Assembly: GCA_039683575.1 (NCBI GenBank)
Contig: JBDKRC010000317.1
Location: 1 to 18,102, forward strand
DNA from: Armatimonadia bacterium
GTDB taxonomy: Bacteria > Armatimonadota > Zipacnadia > Zipacnadales > UBA11051
Reading direction: 5' to 3'
DNA length: 18,102 bases
In this document: positions 7,013-15,407 of the stretch, piece after piece
How positions within the stretch are numbered: the first letter of the stretch is position 1
Layout of the letters: each line of letters opens with the position of its first letter
The notes under the pieces: generated by a model
What the model saw: the letters and a program-made list of their open reading frames with translations, nothing else
Database searches by the model: none
Told to the model about the DNA's origin: nothing
Made by a program: the position numbers and the translations under genes

Positions 7013-8377
7013 ATGTCTTGGCACCTCACCTCCTGCATCTTGGTAACCATATCCATGCTTCCACTCCAAGCCGCCCCCGCCCCGCCTGCCACCTTCCAAT
7101 CCGGCGACACCGTCGCCATCATCGGCGACAGCATCACCCACGGCCGCAAGTGGCACCGCTACGTCTACAACTACTATTTGACCCGCTTCCCCGACCGCCA
7201 GGTCCGATTTGTTAACCTCGGCATCGCCGGCGACTCCGCCGGTGGCGCTGTCCGCCGCCTCGACTGGGACATCCTCCCCAACCGCCCCAACGTCGCCGCC
7301 ATCTTCCTGGGCATGAATGACGTGGGCCGTGGCAACTACGCCCCCGGCGAGCCCACTGAGGCCGTCCTCAAGGCTCGCCAGGCCGCCCTGGACAACTACG
7401 CCAAGAACATGGACGAGCTATCCCAAAAGCTCCTCGCCAATGGCGTGCAGCGCCTCGTCTTCATCACGCCCTCCCCCTACGACGACACCGCCGACATAGG
7501 CGAGAACTTCCCCGGCGTCAACGCCGCCCTCGCCCGCTGCGGCCAGATCGGCCGCGAACTCGCCGCCAAGTACCACGGCAGCGTCATCGACCTCAACGGC
7601 CCCATGACCGCCCTCAACCTCGAGCACCAGAAGACCGATCCCAAGTTCACCGTCATCGGCCCCGACCGCGTCCACCCCGGCGACCTCGGCATGATGGTCA
7701 TCGCCTACTACTTCCTCACCGGCCAAAACGCCCCCACCCTCGTCTCCCGCGTCGCCATAGCCAATGGCAAAGCCGACACCGCCAACGCCGACCTCACCAA
7801 CCTCAGAACCACCGACCAGGGCCTCTCCTTCGACCTGCTCGAAAAGTCCCTCCCGTGGCCGATCGAGGCCAGCGCCAGACCGGCCCTGGACCTCGTGCCG
7901 CTCGAACAAAACCTCAACCAGCAGCAGTTCGCCGCCACCCTACCCGCCGGCACCTACCGTCTCACCATCAACAACCAACCCGTCGGCGACTACACCGCCG
8001 AAGCCCTCAAAGCGGGCGTCAACCTCGCCCTCAATGACAAGACGCCGCAATACCAGCAGGCTCTCAAGGTCTGGCAGACCAACGAGCAGCGCTCCGCTCT
8101 CGAAATCCGCATCCGCACCATGGCCCAGATCCAGGCGATCATCAAGCCCAGGGGCGTCAACGAGGACGATCCGGCCGCTACGGAGGCCTCCTTCAACGAA
8201 TGGCTCTCCCACGTCGGCGAAAGCATGCACCCCTACTTCAAGAGCCAGTTCAACGTCTACAAATCCACGCGCACCGATCTGCCCAACCTCAAGCAGCAGA
8301 TCGAGACTCTCCAGCAGCAGCTATGGCAGCTAGACCAGCCTGTCCCGCACCATTATGAGTTGACGCGCCTGCCGTGA
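7013..8377 (+). CDS. Secreted SGNH/GDSL hydrolase (carbohydrate esterase-like)
   Basis: Blocks GDSIT, NLGIAGD, LGMND and DRVHP, with a signal peptide ending LQA-A. Confidence 0.92.
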   Translation: MSWHLTSCILVTISMLPLQAAPAPPATFQSGDTVAIIGDSITHGRKWHRYVYNYYLTRFPDRQVRFVNLGIAGDSAGGAVRRLDWDILPNRPNVAAIFLGMNDVGRGNYAPGEPTEAVLKARQAALDNYAKNMDELSQKLLANGVQRLVFITPSPYDDTADIGENFPGVNAALARCGQIGRELAAKYHGSVIDLNGPMTALNLEHQKTDPKFTVIGPDRVHPGDLGMMVIAYYFLTGQNAPTLVSRVAIANGKADTANADLTNLRTTDQGLSFDLLEKSLPWPIEASARPALDLVPLEQNLNQQQFAATLPAGTYRLTINNQPVGDYTAEALKAGVNLALNDKTPQYQQALKVWQTNEQRSALEIRIRTMAQIQAIIKPRGVNEDDPAATEASFNEWLSHVGESMHPYFKSQFNVYKSTRTDLPNLKQQIETLQQQLWQLDQPVPHHYELTRLP

Positions 8378-8404
8378 GCAGCCGCCGCACCCACTGACCA
8401 TTCT

Positions 8405-8471
8405 GCCGTACGAGCGGCATCCTTGCCGCGAGCTGACGCCACTGGAGCCCGGCTTCCAGCCGGGCGGGCTG
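8405..8471 (+). repeat. Two-hairpin REP-like module, copy 2
   Basis: GCCGTACGA-GCGGCA tcct TGCCGC-GAG ... TGGA-GCCCGGC ttcca GCCGGGC-GGGCTG. Confidence 0.75.
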
Positions 8472-8509
8472 TCGCACCCACACACCCGACGAACACGGAG
8501 CCAACACCC

Positions 8510-10669
8510 ATGTCCCTCCAAACCGGAACCCTTCGCCTCACCAAGACCCCCTCCGGCTGGAACCTCCGCTGGCCCAACCACCCTCGCGCCGCCGCCACAA
8601 AAATGGGGACTGACCCCGTTTTCGCCCTCTCCCCGTCAGCCCCCCAACAACCCCCATGCGAAAATGGGGTCTGTCCCCATTTTCCCGACGCCAAAGCCAC
8701 CCTCGAATCCTCCTTCACCCAAAACAACGTCCGCTTCACCACCGCCGCCCTCGCCCTCCCCGGCTCCTCCCAGATCATCTTCACCGTCACCGCCCACAAC
8801 CTCTCCGCCTCCCCGGTGACCATCGATAGCCTCAGCCTCCTCCACACCGAAGCCCTAACCCTCGGCCGCCTCACCGCCGACACCCCCTGCTCCGTCTACG
8901 TGGACTCCGGCAGCCAGGGCGGCACCCACGTCGCCCCGCTCGGCGAGGGCCAAACTTGCGCGGGCATATGCGCCATCCAAAACCCCGCCGCCAACCTCGG
9001 CTTCGTCTGTGCCTTCCTCTCCTTCGCCCACGACAACACCATCCAAGTCGCCTCCTCCGCCTCCGGCCTCTCCCTCCGCGCCACGACCACCACTCCGGTC
9101 ACCCTCGCTCCCGGCGAGGAGCACCGCTACGACTCTCTCCTCCTCGACGTCCGCCCGAGCGCGCTGGAAGCCATGGAAGCCTACGCCTCCGTAGTCAAAG
9201 CCGTGGTCAATCCGCCCCTTCCTGCCGAGCTCCCCATGGGCTGGCTGTCCTGGTACGCCTACCGCCTCACCATGACCGAAGACCTCATCCTGCAAAACGC
9301 CGCCATCGTCGCCCACCACTTCCAGAAGTACGGCGTCAACATGATTCACCCCGACCACGGCTGGCAGTACAAGGACATCTGCGGCCACTGGGTCAACAAC
9401 GAGAAGTTCTCTCACGGCATGAAATGGCTAGCCCGCAAGCTCGCCAAGCTGGACCTGACCCTCGGCCTCTGGGTCGCCCCCTCCACCATCTCCGAGTGGG
9501 CGCCCTTCTACAAGGAGCATCCCGAGGGCCTCGTCGCCGGTCCGGACGGCAAGCCTCTCGTCATCAGCGAGAAGTGGTACTGGGCCCCGCACGGCAAGAC
9601 CTTCAACCTCAACCCGCTCACCGCCGCCGGCGAGCAGTACCTGCGCGACTTCGGCAAGCAAATGCGCTCCTACGGCGCGGTCTACCTCAAAACCGACTTC
9701 ATCGGCGGCTGGCACGGTGCCCGCCGCCTCCGCCAGGGCATGCGCGTCCTGCGCGAGGCCGTCGGCCCCGACATGACCCTCCGCCCCTGCAGCACCGCCC
9801 TCAACACCCAGCTTGGCGTCTGCAACGAAATCGGCATCGCCCGCGACATTGGCAACGCCAACAGCCTCTGGGAGCACCTGCAGGTCGAGACCCTCGAACT
9901 TGCCTCCAAGTGGTTCATGCACAACAAGTTCTGGCTCAACAATCCCGACGTCCTGATCGTCGGCGACCCCGAAGAGACCCCCGGCGAGGCCCGTGGCCGC
10001 GTCACTCTCCTCGCCCTCACCGGCGGCGTAGTCTTCCTCGGCGACCGCATGCCCGAGCTCGAACAGCAACCCGCCCGCCTCGCCCTGTGCAGCCTCTGTA
10101 TCCCTTCCAGTAACCAGCCCGCCCGCCCGCTCGACCTCTTCGACTGTGGCCGCGACCGCACCTATCCCCGCCTCTGGCACCTCCCCGCGCGCCCCAAGTG
10201 GGGCACTTGGGAAATCCTCGGCCTCTTCAACTGGTCCGACCAGCCGCTAACGGAGACCATCACCCGCGACACCCTCAACCTCCCGCCCGGCCAGTACCTC
10301 GTCTGGGACTTCTGGAACCAAAAGCTCCTCGGCAAGCTAGGCCGCGGCCTAACCATAGAAGTCCCCCCCGGCGACGCCGCCTGCCTCCGCATCATGCCCA
10401 TCCCGCACCATCCCACGGTCCTCTCCACCAACATGCACATAACCCAGGGCCTCGTCGAACTCAGCAACGTCAAATGGAACGAAGACCAGCGCAAGCTAAC
10501 CGGCGAAGCCACCCGAGCCCCCGAGGAGTCTGGCACCATCTACCTCTACCTCCCCAAGGGCTACAACCTCCGCCAGACCAAGTCCGCAACGATGCTAGCC
10601 CCCAACATAGCCAAACTCGACGTAACCTTCCAAAGCCCCACCCGCCGCTGGTCCGCCACTTTCGACTAG
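8510..10669 (+). CDS. Alpha-galactosidase-like glycoside hydrolase (clan GH-D, GH36/GH27)
   Basis: PMGWLSWY, HPDHGWQ, GLWVAP, YLKTDF (nucleophile), IARDI (acid/base), WLNNPD and FLGD. ATG 8510 has GGAG at 8497-8500. Confidence 0.85.
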   Translation: MSLQTGTLRLTKTPSGWNLRWPNHPRAAATKMGTDPVFALSPSAPQQPPCENGVCPHFPDAKATLESSFTQNNVRFTTAALALPGSSQIIFTVTAHNLSASPVTIDSLSLLHTEALTLGRLTADTPCSVYVDSGSQGGTHVAPLGEGQTCAGICAIQNPAANLGFVCAFLSFAHDNTIQVASSASGLSLRATTTTPVTLAPGEEHRYDSLLLDVRPSALEAMEAYASVVKAVVNPPLPAELPMGWLSWYAYRLTMTEDLILQNAAIVAHHFQKYGVNMIHPDHGWQYKDICGHWVNNEKFSHGMKWLARKLAKLDLTLGLWVAPSTISEWAPFYKEHPEGLVAGPDGKPLVISEKWYWAPHGKTFNLNPLTAAGEQYLRDFGKQMRSYGAVYLKTDFIGGWHGARRLRQGMRVLREAVGPDMTLRPCSTALNTQLGVCNEIGIARDIGNANSLWEHLQVETLELASKWFMHNKFWLNNPDVLIVGDPEETPGEARGRVTLLALTGGVVFLGDRMPELEQQPARLALCSLCIPSSNQPARPLDLFDCGRDRTYPRLWHLPARPKWGTWEILGLFNWSDQPLTETITRDTLNLPPGQYLVWDFWNQKLLGKLGRGLTIEVPPGDAACLRIMPIPHHPTVLSTNMHITQGLVELSNVKWNEDQRKLTGEATRAPEESGTIYLYLPKGYNLRQTKSATMLAPNIAKLDVTFQSPTRRWSATFD
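8599..8684. repeat. Inverted pair of 25-bp palindromes inserted in frame in the GH36 gene
   Basis: AAAAATGGGGACTGACCCCGTTTTC (8599-8623) and GAAAATGGGGTCTGTCCCCATTTTC (8660-8684). They match 22/25 as reverse complements, and each is self-palindromic. Confidence 0.85.
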
Positions 10670-10693
10670 CCAAACACGGGCCTCCGACTCACG

Positions 10694-10719
10694 AAAAAGG
10701 GGCGCCCAAGGGCGCCCCT
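10694..10719 (-). terminator. Intrinsic terminator (possibly bidirectional) between convergent GH genes
   Basis: AGGGGCGCCC/GGGCGCCCCT stem with an A5 tract on the left, which reads as T5 on the minus strand. Confidence 0.7.
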
Positions 10720-10735
10720 CGTACTCATCATCTCA

Positions 10736-10851
10736 GTAGCGCGGGCGGCTCGCCCGCGCCCGCCGTCATCCCGGAGTGTTCCGTCCCCACGTCCCGGAGG
10801 GACGCCCATGCCCTAGCCCGGGGTTTCAACCCCGGGCGGCTCGCCCGCGCC
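10736..10851 (+). repeat. Cluster of REP-like palindromes
   Basis: GTAGCGCGGGCGGCTCGCCCGCGC (10736-10759, core repeated at 10833-10851), CGTCCCggaGGGACG (10790-10804) and AGCCCGGGGTTTCAACCCCGGG (10815-10836). Confidence 0.75.
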
Positions 10852-10861
10852 ACCCACCCCC

Positions 10862-11135
10862 CTCACCCTCTCCTCTCCCGCCGTATCCTCCCCATCCTCG
10901 CCGTTATCCTGTCCATCCTGTATGCCTTCTCCCCTCGCGCCACCCATCTCCGACCAAACGTGCCATCCTGAGGAGCGTCGTCTGCGACGAAGGATCTCCG
11001 CCCTTTCCCGCCACGTCGCCGAGCTTCTTCGCTCTCTGGACTGGCATCCGGGCCCAGAACGACAACCTCTCACCCTCTCCTCTCCCGCCGTATCCTCCCC
11101 ATCCTCGCCGTTATCCTGTCCATCCTGTATGCCTT
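10862..11135 (+). repeat. Two identical 67-bp direct repeats flanking an imperfect inverted-repeat element
   Basis: 10862-10928 is identical to 11069-11135. Between them lie TGCCATCCTGAG...CGAAGGATCTC (10961-10998) and GAGCTTCTTCG...CCCAGAACGACA (11021-11064). Confidence 0.9.
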
Positions 11136-11155
11136 TTCTCCCCCCGCAACCGACC

Positions 11156-13876
11156 TCACTCAAACGAATAAGGCCGACTCCGCACCACAAACGCCTTCTT
11201 CGCCCCGCCCTCAACCACCATCTCTCCAACCGCCGCGACCCGCACCATCCCCGCCTGCCGCGGCACCTTCACACTCACCGTCGCGCCCGCCTTCGGCAGC
11301 GCCCCCAGGTCCGCCAGCTTCCGCCCCTCCATGTCCTGCAGCTCCAGCTTCCCTGCCGCGCCCGATACCTTCTGCCGGTGCTGGCCCAGCCCCACGACCT
11401 CCACCTTCACCGGTAGCTCCGCCTCCTTCACCACAATCGCCGTCCGCTGCTCGTCATACGCCGTGCTGAACTTGATCCGCGGCGCATTGTGCGGCAGTAT
11501 CGCCGGCTCCGAAGTCATCCCTTCCGCATACCGCGGCAGCCCGTACTCGGCCAGGTTCTTGCCCATGTTGAACAGGATGAACCCATCCGCCCCGTTCGCC
11601 CGCGCCAGTTCCATCTGGCTGACTACCTGGTCGTCCTCGATGATGAACTGCCCGATCCCGCTATACAGCGGCACGTTGCTGTTGATCTGGTTGACCTGGT
11701 TCGACACCAGCGCGCTCAGCCGCGAGTCGCTCTCCGTGTAGTTCATCGGGCACACGAAGTCCAGCCATCCCTCACGGCACCACAGCACCCAGTCCTGCCC
11801 CACAGAGCTTCGGGACCCGGGATAGTCGCTGAACACCGCCGCCGAGATCTTGATCCACGGCTTGATCGCATGCGCCTGCTCAGATACTGCCTTCACCAGC
11901 CGCGTGATCTGCGCGCACCGGAAGTCCTGGTACTCCGCCTTCAGAGCCCCGCTCACGCAATCCGCCGGCCAGTCGGCCACCTTTGCCCCGCGCCCTTGCT
12001 CAAACCTCTCCCGGCACCCGTTGCAGTAGCACGACTCGCCGCCGGGATACCGGATATAGTCGAAGTGCACTCCATCCACATCATAGTTCCGCACCACTTC
12101 CAGCATCGTGTCCAGCTCGAGTTTGAAGTTCGCCGGGTTCGACGAACACAGCCACCTCAGCTCCTCGCCCTTGTTGCTGACCTGCAGCCGCCCCTCCTGC
12201 CGCATCTTCTCTACAAACTCCTGCGGCGCGGTCGACAGGTTCCAGTTCACCTTCCACGGGTGGACCTCGACGCCATACTTCTTCCCCGCCGCCACGCACT
12301 GCGCGATCTGGTCGCCCTGCTCATTGAAAGTCTTCGAGTGCGGCAAGAGCTTGCTGTCATAGTGCGCCACCCCGCCCCACCACATGTTCGGCACCACGGC
12401 ATTGAAGTTCCCCGCCTTCAGCCGCTTCATCGCCTCCTCCCAGCTACCGCAGTCCCCCGTCCCCGAGTGGTTCCACACCGCGCGGAACTCCGACGTCCGC
12501 GGCGTGTGCGCCACAAAGTAGCTGTCGGCCAGCGCGTCATGATACTTCTGTGCCGCCGCCAGCACCTCCGGGTACTTCTTGTCACCCAAAAGCTGCTGCG
12601 CCTGCTTCTCCGCCACCGCTGCCGCCGCCGTAGCTGCTTTCACCTTGTCGGCAAACGCACTCCCCGGTGTCACCTTATCCAGCCACGCCTTCAGCTCCGT
12701 CCGCGTGGCATACGGCCCGACTTTCTCCGCCTTCGCCAACGCCAACTGCGCCGCCGTCGGCCAGGCGTCCGGCACGAAATGCCCGATCAGCGCCATCAAG
12801 AACGCCTGCTTAGCCGCCGAGTCCGCGTCGGTCAGCACATGCCCCATGAACGCCCCGTTGTCGTTGATCACGACCGCAGGACCCTGCGTCTTGCCCTCCG
12901 CGTCCTGCCACACCCCGATCACCTTCGCGCCCTCGCCCGCCTCGAATCCCGTCGAATTCCACGAATTCTGCGCCATTATCGCCGGCAGCCCCGGCAGCGC
13001 CCCCTCCTCGAACTTCACGTTCGCAAATTGCCCCTCGCGCTCTCGCGGCCGGTAGGCCATCTTCGTAGCCCCGAGCAGCCCCGCCAGCCTTCCCGGCAGC
13101 GAGTAGAACACGATGATCTTCCCGCCGCCCTCCACATACTCCGCCGCCTTGTTGACGGTCTCCTCAGCCATCCCCGGACTATACGCAAAGATCGCCAGCT
13201 TCTGGTTCTTCAGCGCCCCGCCCGCTACATCGCTATCGGTCAAGACCCCATACCGCAGCCCGGTCTTGTCCAGGAACGTGCAAAGCTGCTTAGCCACACC
13301 CTGCGCCGACTTCGCCTCCGCCCCGGTCCCGCCGCCGCAAACCACCGCCAGATCCTCCGTCCGCGCCCCAAGGTTGTCTATCGCGCAGAAGCTGTCCTCC
13401 GGCTTGCCGCGCCACACGTTCACTCGAATCGTGTCCACCTTGTCCCAACCGGCAGGTTGGTCTTCCACGCGAAAGATGCCCTTGCCGAGGCTGATGCGCT
13501 GCCAGCCTTTGTTGGCTGAGAAGCCCCCGCCATACCAGCCGTTGCCGCTATGGAAGTAGATGGTGCAAGACCCGCCCACCCCATCGGTATCGGCATAGAA
13601 ATCAAAAGTAATCGCCCCGGCCTTCAGCAGGTCCAGATTGACCTTCCGGTCATACGCCGCGCGATTTACCTCCTGCGAAAACGGGCATGGGATCTTCAGT
13701 GTCTGCTTGTTGCCATGCGCCATGAGTTCCGCCGGCCCCGACTTCTCCACCGGCTGCCAGGCCTCACGCAGAGCCGTCAAGTCCGCATAGTTGAACTCGT
13801 CAATCTTCACAACCTCCGCCCCAAAACAAACCGCCCCAACCGCCAGCAAACAGACACCAATGATCAAGCCGCGCAT
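11156..13876 (-). CDS. Secreted family-10-like glycosyl hydrolase (GHL10/DUF187) with N-terminal CBM-like and class-I GATase-like domains
   Basis: EFRAVW, FNAVVPNMWWGG.AHYDS, GVEVHPW, WLCSSNP, YDVDGVHFDYIRYP, QDW..W...GWLDFVCPMNY, a signal peptide and a GGGAGG SD. Confidence 0.88.
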   Translation of the reverse strand: MRGLIIGVCLLAVGAVCFGAEVVKIDEFNYADLTALREAWQPVEKSGPAELMAHGNKQTLKIPCPFSQEVNRAAYDRKVNLDLLKAGAITFDFYADTDGVGGSCTIYFHSGNGWYGGGFSANKGWQRISLGKGIFRVEDQPAGWDKVDTIRVNVWRGKPEDSFCAIDNLGARTEDLAVVCGGGTGAEAKSAQGVAKQLCTFLDKTGLRYGVLTDSDVAGGALKNQKLAIFAYSPGMAEETVNKAAEYVEGGGKIIVFYSLPGRLAGLLGATKMAYRPREREGQFANVKFEEGALPGLPAIMAQNSWNSTGFEAGEGAKVIGVWQDAEGKTQGPAVVINDNGAFMGHVLTDADSAAKQAFLMALIGHFVPDAWPTAAQLALAKAEKVGPYATRTELKAWLDKVTPGSAFADKVKAATAAAAVAEKQAQQLLGDKKYPEVLAAAQKYHDALADSYFVAHTPRTSEFRAVWNHSGTGDCGSWEEAMKRLKAGNFNAVVPNMWWGGVAHYDSKLLPHSKTFNEQGDQIAQCVAAGKKYGVEVHPWKVNWNLSTAPQEFVEKMRQEGRLQVSNKGEELRWLCSSNPANFKLELDTMLEVVRNYDVDGVHFDYIRYPGGESCYCNGCRERFEQGRGAKVADWPADCVSGALKAEYQDFRCAQITRLVKAVSEQAHAIKPWIKISAAVFSDYPGSRSSVGQDWVLWCREGWLDFVCPMNYTESDSRLSALVSNQVNQINSNVPLYSGIGQFIIEDDQVVSQMELARANGADGFILFNMGKNLAEYGLPRYAEGMTSEPAILPHNAPRIKFSTAYDEQRTAIVVKEAELPVKVEVVGLGQHRQKVSGAAGKLELQDMEGRKLADLGALPKAGATVSVKVPRQAGMVRVAAVGEMVVEGGAKKAFVVRSRPYSFE

Positions 13877-13911
13877 AATACCCTCCCGTAACCATTCTGC
13901 AATTCCAGAAC

Positions 13912-14155
13912 ATCACCCCGACCAACCAAGGTCCCGCGTCCCACCGTAAGGAGGGGCCGAGCTTCAGCCGGCCCGCCGTTATCTCCGACCAACGATGTGG
14001 GAAAGGCCATTGCCTCTGTGGGAGGGGCCACTGGCCCCGACGCATCCCTGCCCGCCGGCCGTTATCCCCGACCAACCCTCGTCACGCGTCTTTGGACGGG
14101 CCGCATGACCACAGCCTCACCGTGGTCATCCGGCCCACGCCGTTATCCATGACCC
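13912..14155. repeat. Degenerate array: GGGCC..GGCCC hairpins each followed by GCCGTTATCyCCGACCAAC
   Basis: Motif at 13975-13993 and 14058-14076 (18/19 identical), degenerate at 14139-14155 and partial at about 13912-13926. Confidence 0.7.
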
Positions 14156-14229
14156 CCTGTCGTCTCCCCGCCCCCAGCCCCCTCCCCCCCCCGCCCGCCA
14201 GTCCCGTCGCGCTCTCCCCGCCAGAACCC

Positions 14230-14263
14230 AAAGCGGGCGAGGGAACCAAATCCCTCGCCCGCT
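14230..14263 (-). terminator. Intrinsic terminator of the isomerase gene
   Basis: Perfect 13-bp stem AGCGGGCGAGGGA/TCCCTCGCCCGCT about 30 nt after the stop codon, with a short T tail on the minus strand. Confidence 0.7.
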
Positions 14264-14292
14264 AGATGCCACATTCCTACCTCAAACACCTG

Positions 14293-15114
14293 CTAGCAAA
14301 GCGGCTCCAGAATCGCCATCGCCGCCTTGATATCATCAACCTGCTTATCCCCGCTGATCTCGCGCTCAATCGTCAGTGCCCCGCAGTACCCCATGCTCTT
14401 GAGCTTCGGTACCAGCACCGGGAAGTTCACGCGCCCTTCGCCCATCGGCTTCTCGTGGCCCAGATCCTTGCCATTGGTCGGGTACTCCCCGTCCTTGGCA
14501 TGCACGCCGCGCACCCACGTGCCGAACACGTCGAGCGCATCCACCGGGTTGCCGTTGCCATACATCAGAATGTTGGCCGGGTCGAGGTTGATGCCCTGGT
14601 TGTCGTAACCAACGTCCTCAATCGTCCGCAAAAGCGTGATCGGCGTCTCCTGGCCGGTCTCATACCAGAACTGCACGCCATTGTCGGTGCAGGCCGCCAG
14701 CACGTCCTTCAGGGCCGCCACGGTCTCGATATACTTCCGGTCGCCGGGCCACTCGGGGATGAACCCGCAGTGCGTGGTGATGGACGCGATCCCGATCTCG
14801 CCGGCCACAGCCGCTGCGGCCTGCAGCGCCTTCACACGCTCGGCGCGCCACTCATCCGGAACGAGCCCGATGGTGCTCGGCCCCTCGGTGAAGTTCCACA
14901 CTGCCGGCCCGGGCAGGCTCGCCCACAGCGTCGTCACAGTCACGTTATGCGCTTCAGCCGCGGCCTTCAGCGCGTGTCCGGTCTCAATGGTAGCCGAAGG
15001 CGGCCACCCAAGCTGGCACGACGGCAGGCCCAGGCTCTGCACCTTGGCCATAGCCTCATCAGGATCGCCCTCCCGCAGGTGCAGCATTACACCAATCATC
15101 AACTTACAAGACAT
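14293..15114 (-). CDS. Sugar phosphate isomerase/epimerase (xylose isomerase-like TIM barrel, AP endonuclease 2 family)
   Basis: HCGFIPE, ETGQE, INLDPAN, VHAKDG, GEGRVNF and LTIERE metal-binding motifs. ATG 15114 has an AAGGGAG SD. Confidence 0.92.
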   Translation of the reverse strand: MSCKLMIGVMLHLREGDPDEAMAKVQSLGLPSCQLGWPPSATIETGHALKAAAEAHNVTVTTLWASLPGPAVWNFTEGPSTIGLVPDEWRAERVKALQAAAAVAGEIGIASITTHCGFIPEWPGDRKYIETVAALKDVLAACTDNGVQFWYETGQETPITLLRTIEDVGYDNQGINLDPANILMYGNGNPVDALDVFGTWVRGVHAKDGEYPTNGKDLGHEKPMGEGRVNFPVLVPKLKSMGYCGALTIEREISGDKQVDDIKAAMAILEPLC

Positions 15115-15141
15115 AGCAATCTCCCTTAACCGATTATCAGT

Positions 15142-15218
15142 CGTACGAGCGGCATCTTTGCGACTGCACACAGTCGCCACGCGAGATAACGCCAACAAAG
15201 CCGGGCTTCCAGCCCGGC
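15142..15218 (+). repeat. Two-hairpin REP-like module, copy 3, with a nested extra hairpin
   Basis: CGTACGAGCGGCATCTTT[GCGACTG caca CAGTC]GCCACGCGAG...GCCGGGC ttcca GCCCGGC. Confidence 0.7.
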
Positions 15219-15265
15219 GTCAAATGACCGCTTACGCCGCTTCCACGTCCGCAGCTACCATTCGC

Positions 15266-15356
15266 CCAAAACGGGGACGGAGCCTTCGCGCCGCGATCCC
15301 CATCGTCATAGCCAAACAAACCCCAGTCCGGCGCGAAGGCTCCGTCCCCATTTTGG
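15266..15356. repeat. 91-bp MITE/REPIN-like element with 28-bp inverted repeats
   Basis: CCAAAACGGGGACGGAGCCTTCGCGCCG (15266-15293) matches the reverse complement of 15329-15356 at 27/28. It shares the AAAA(T/C)GGGGAC terminus with the 8599-8684 element. Confidence 0.85.
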
Positions 15357-15407
15357 CCACCACGCCCCGCGCCGCCTCACCGCCGTTGCCTCTGCCGTCC
15401 CTGATCC

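Noticed and set aside
6940-7149. Cognate BrnT toxin upstream of the antitoxin-like ORF
   Set aside because: The 69-aa ORF is mostly antisense to the SGNH gene and has no BrnT-like motifs.
10776-11416. ORFs across the GH36-GHL10 intergenic region
   Set aside because: They are translations of repeat elements (duplicated peptides, ILSIL-type periodicity) or overlap the GHL10 3' end antisense.
11489-13519. 676-aa plus-strand ORF and similar long antisense or alternate-frame ORFs (3833-5146, 5522-6604, 8956-10113, 14266-15129, 15742-16617, 17296-17979)
   Set aside because: These are shadows of real genes caused by high GC and skewed codon usage. Composition is low-complexity and no motifs are recognisable.
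13895-13910. TTCTGCAATTCCAGAA palindrome as an operator of the GHL10 gene
   Set aside because: Single occurrence, no regulator in the window, and no matching site upstream of the other catabolic genes.
13912-14155. CRISPR array
   Set aside because: Only two good 19-nt copies exist, the ~63-nt intervening sequences are themselves REP-like hairpins, and there are no cas genes or leader.
3098-15114. A single co-regulated polysaccharide utilisation locus
   Set aside because: Genes alternate in orientation and are separated by repeats and terminators, and there is no transporter or regulator.
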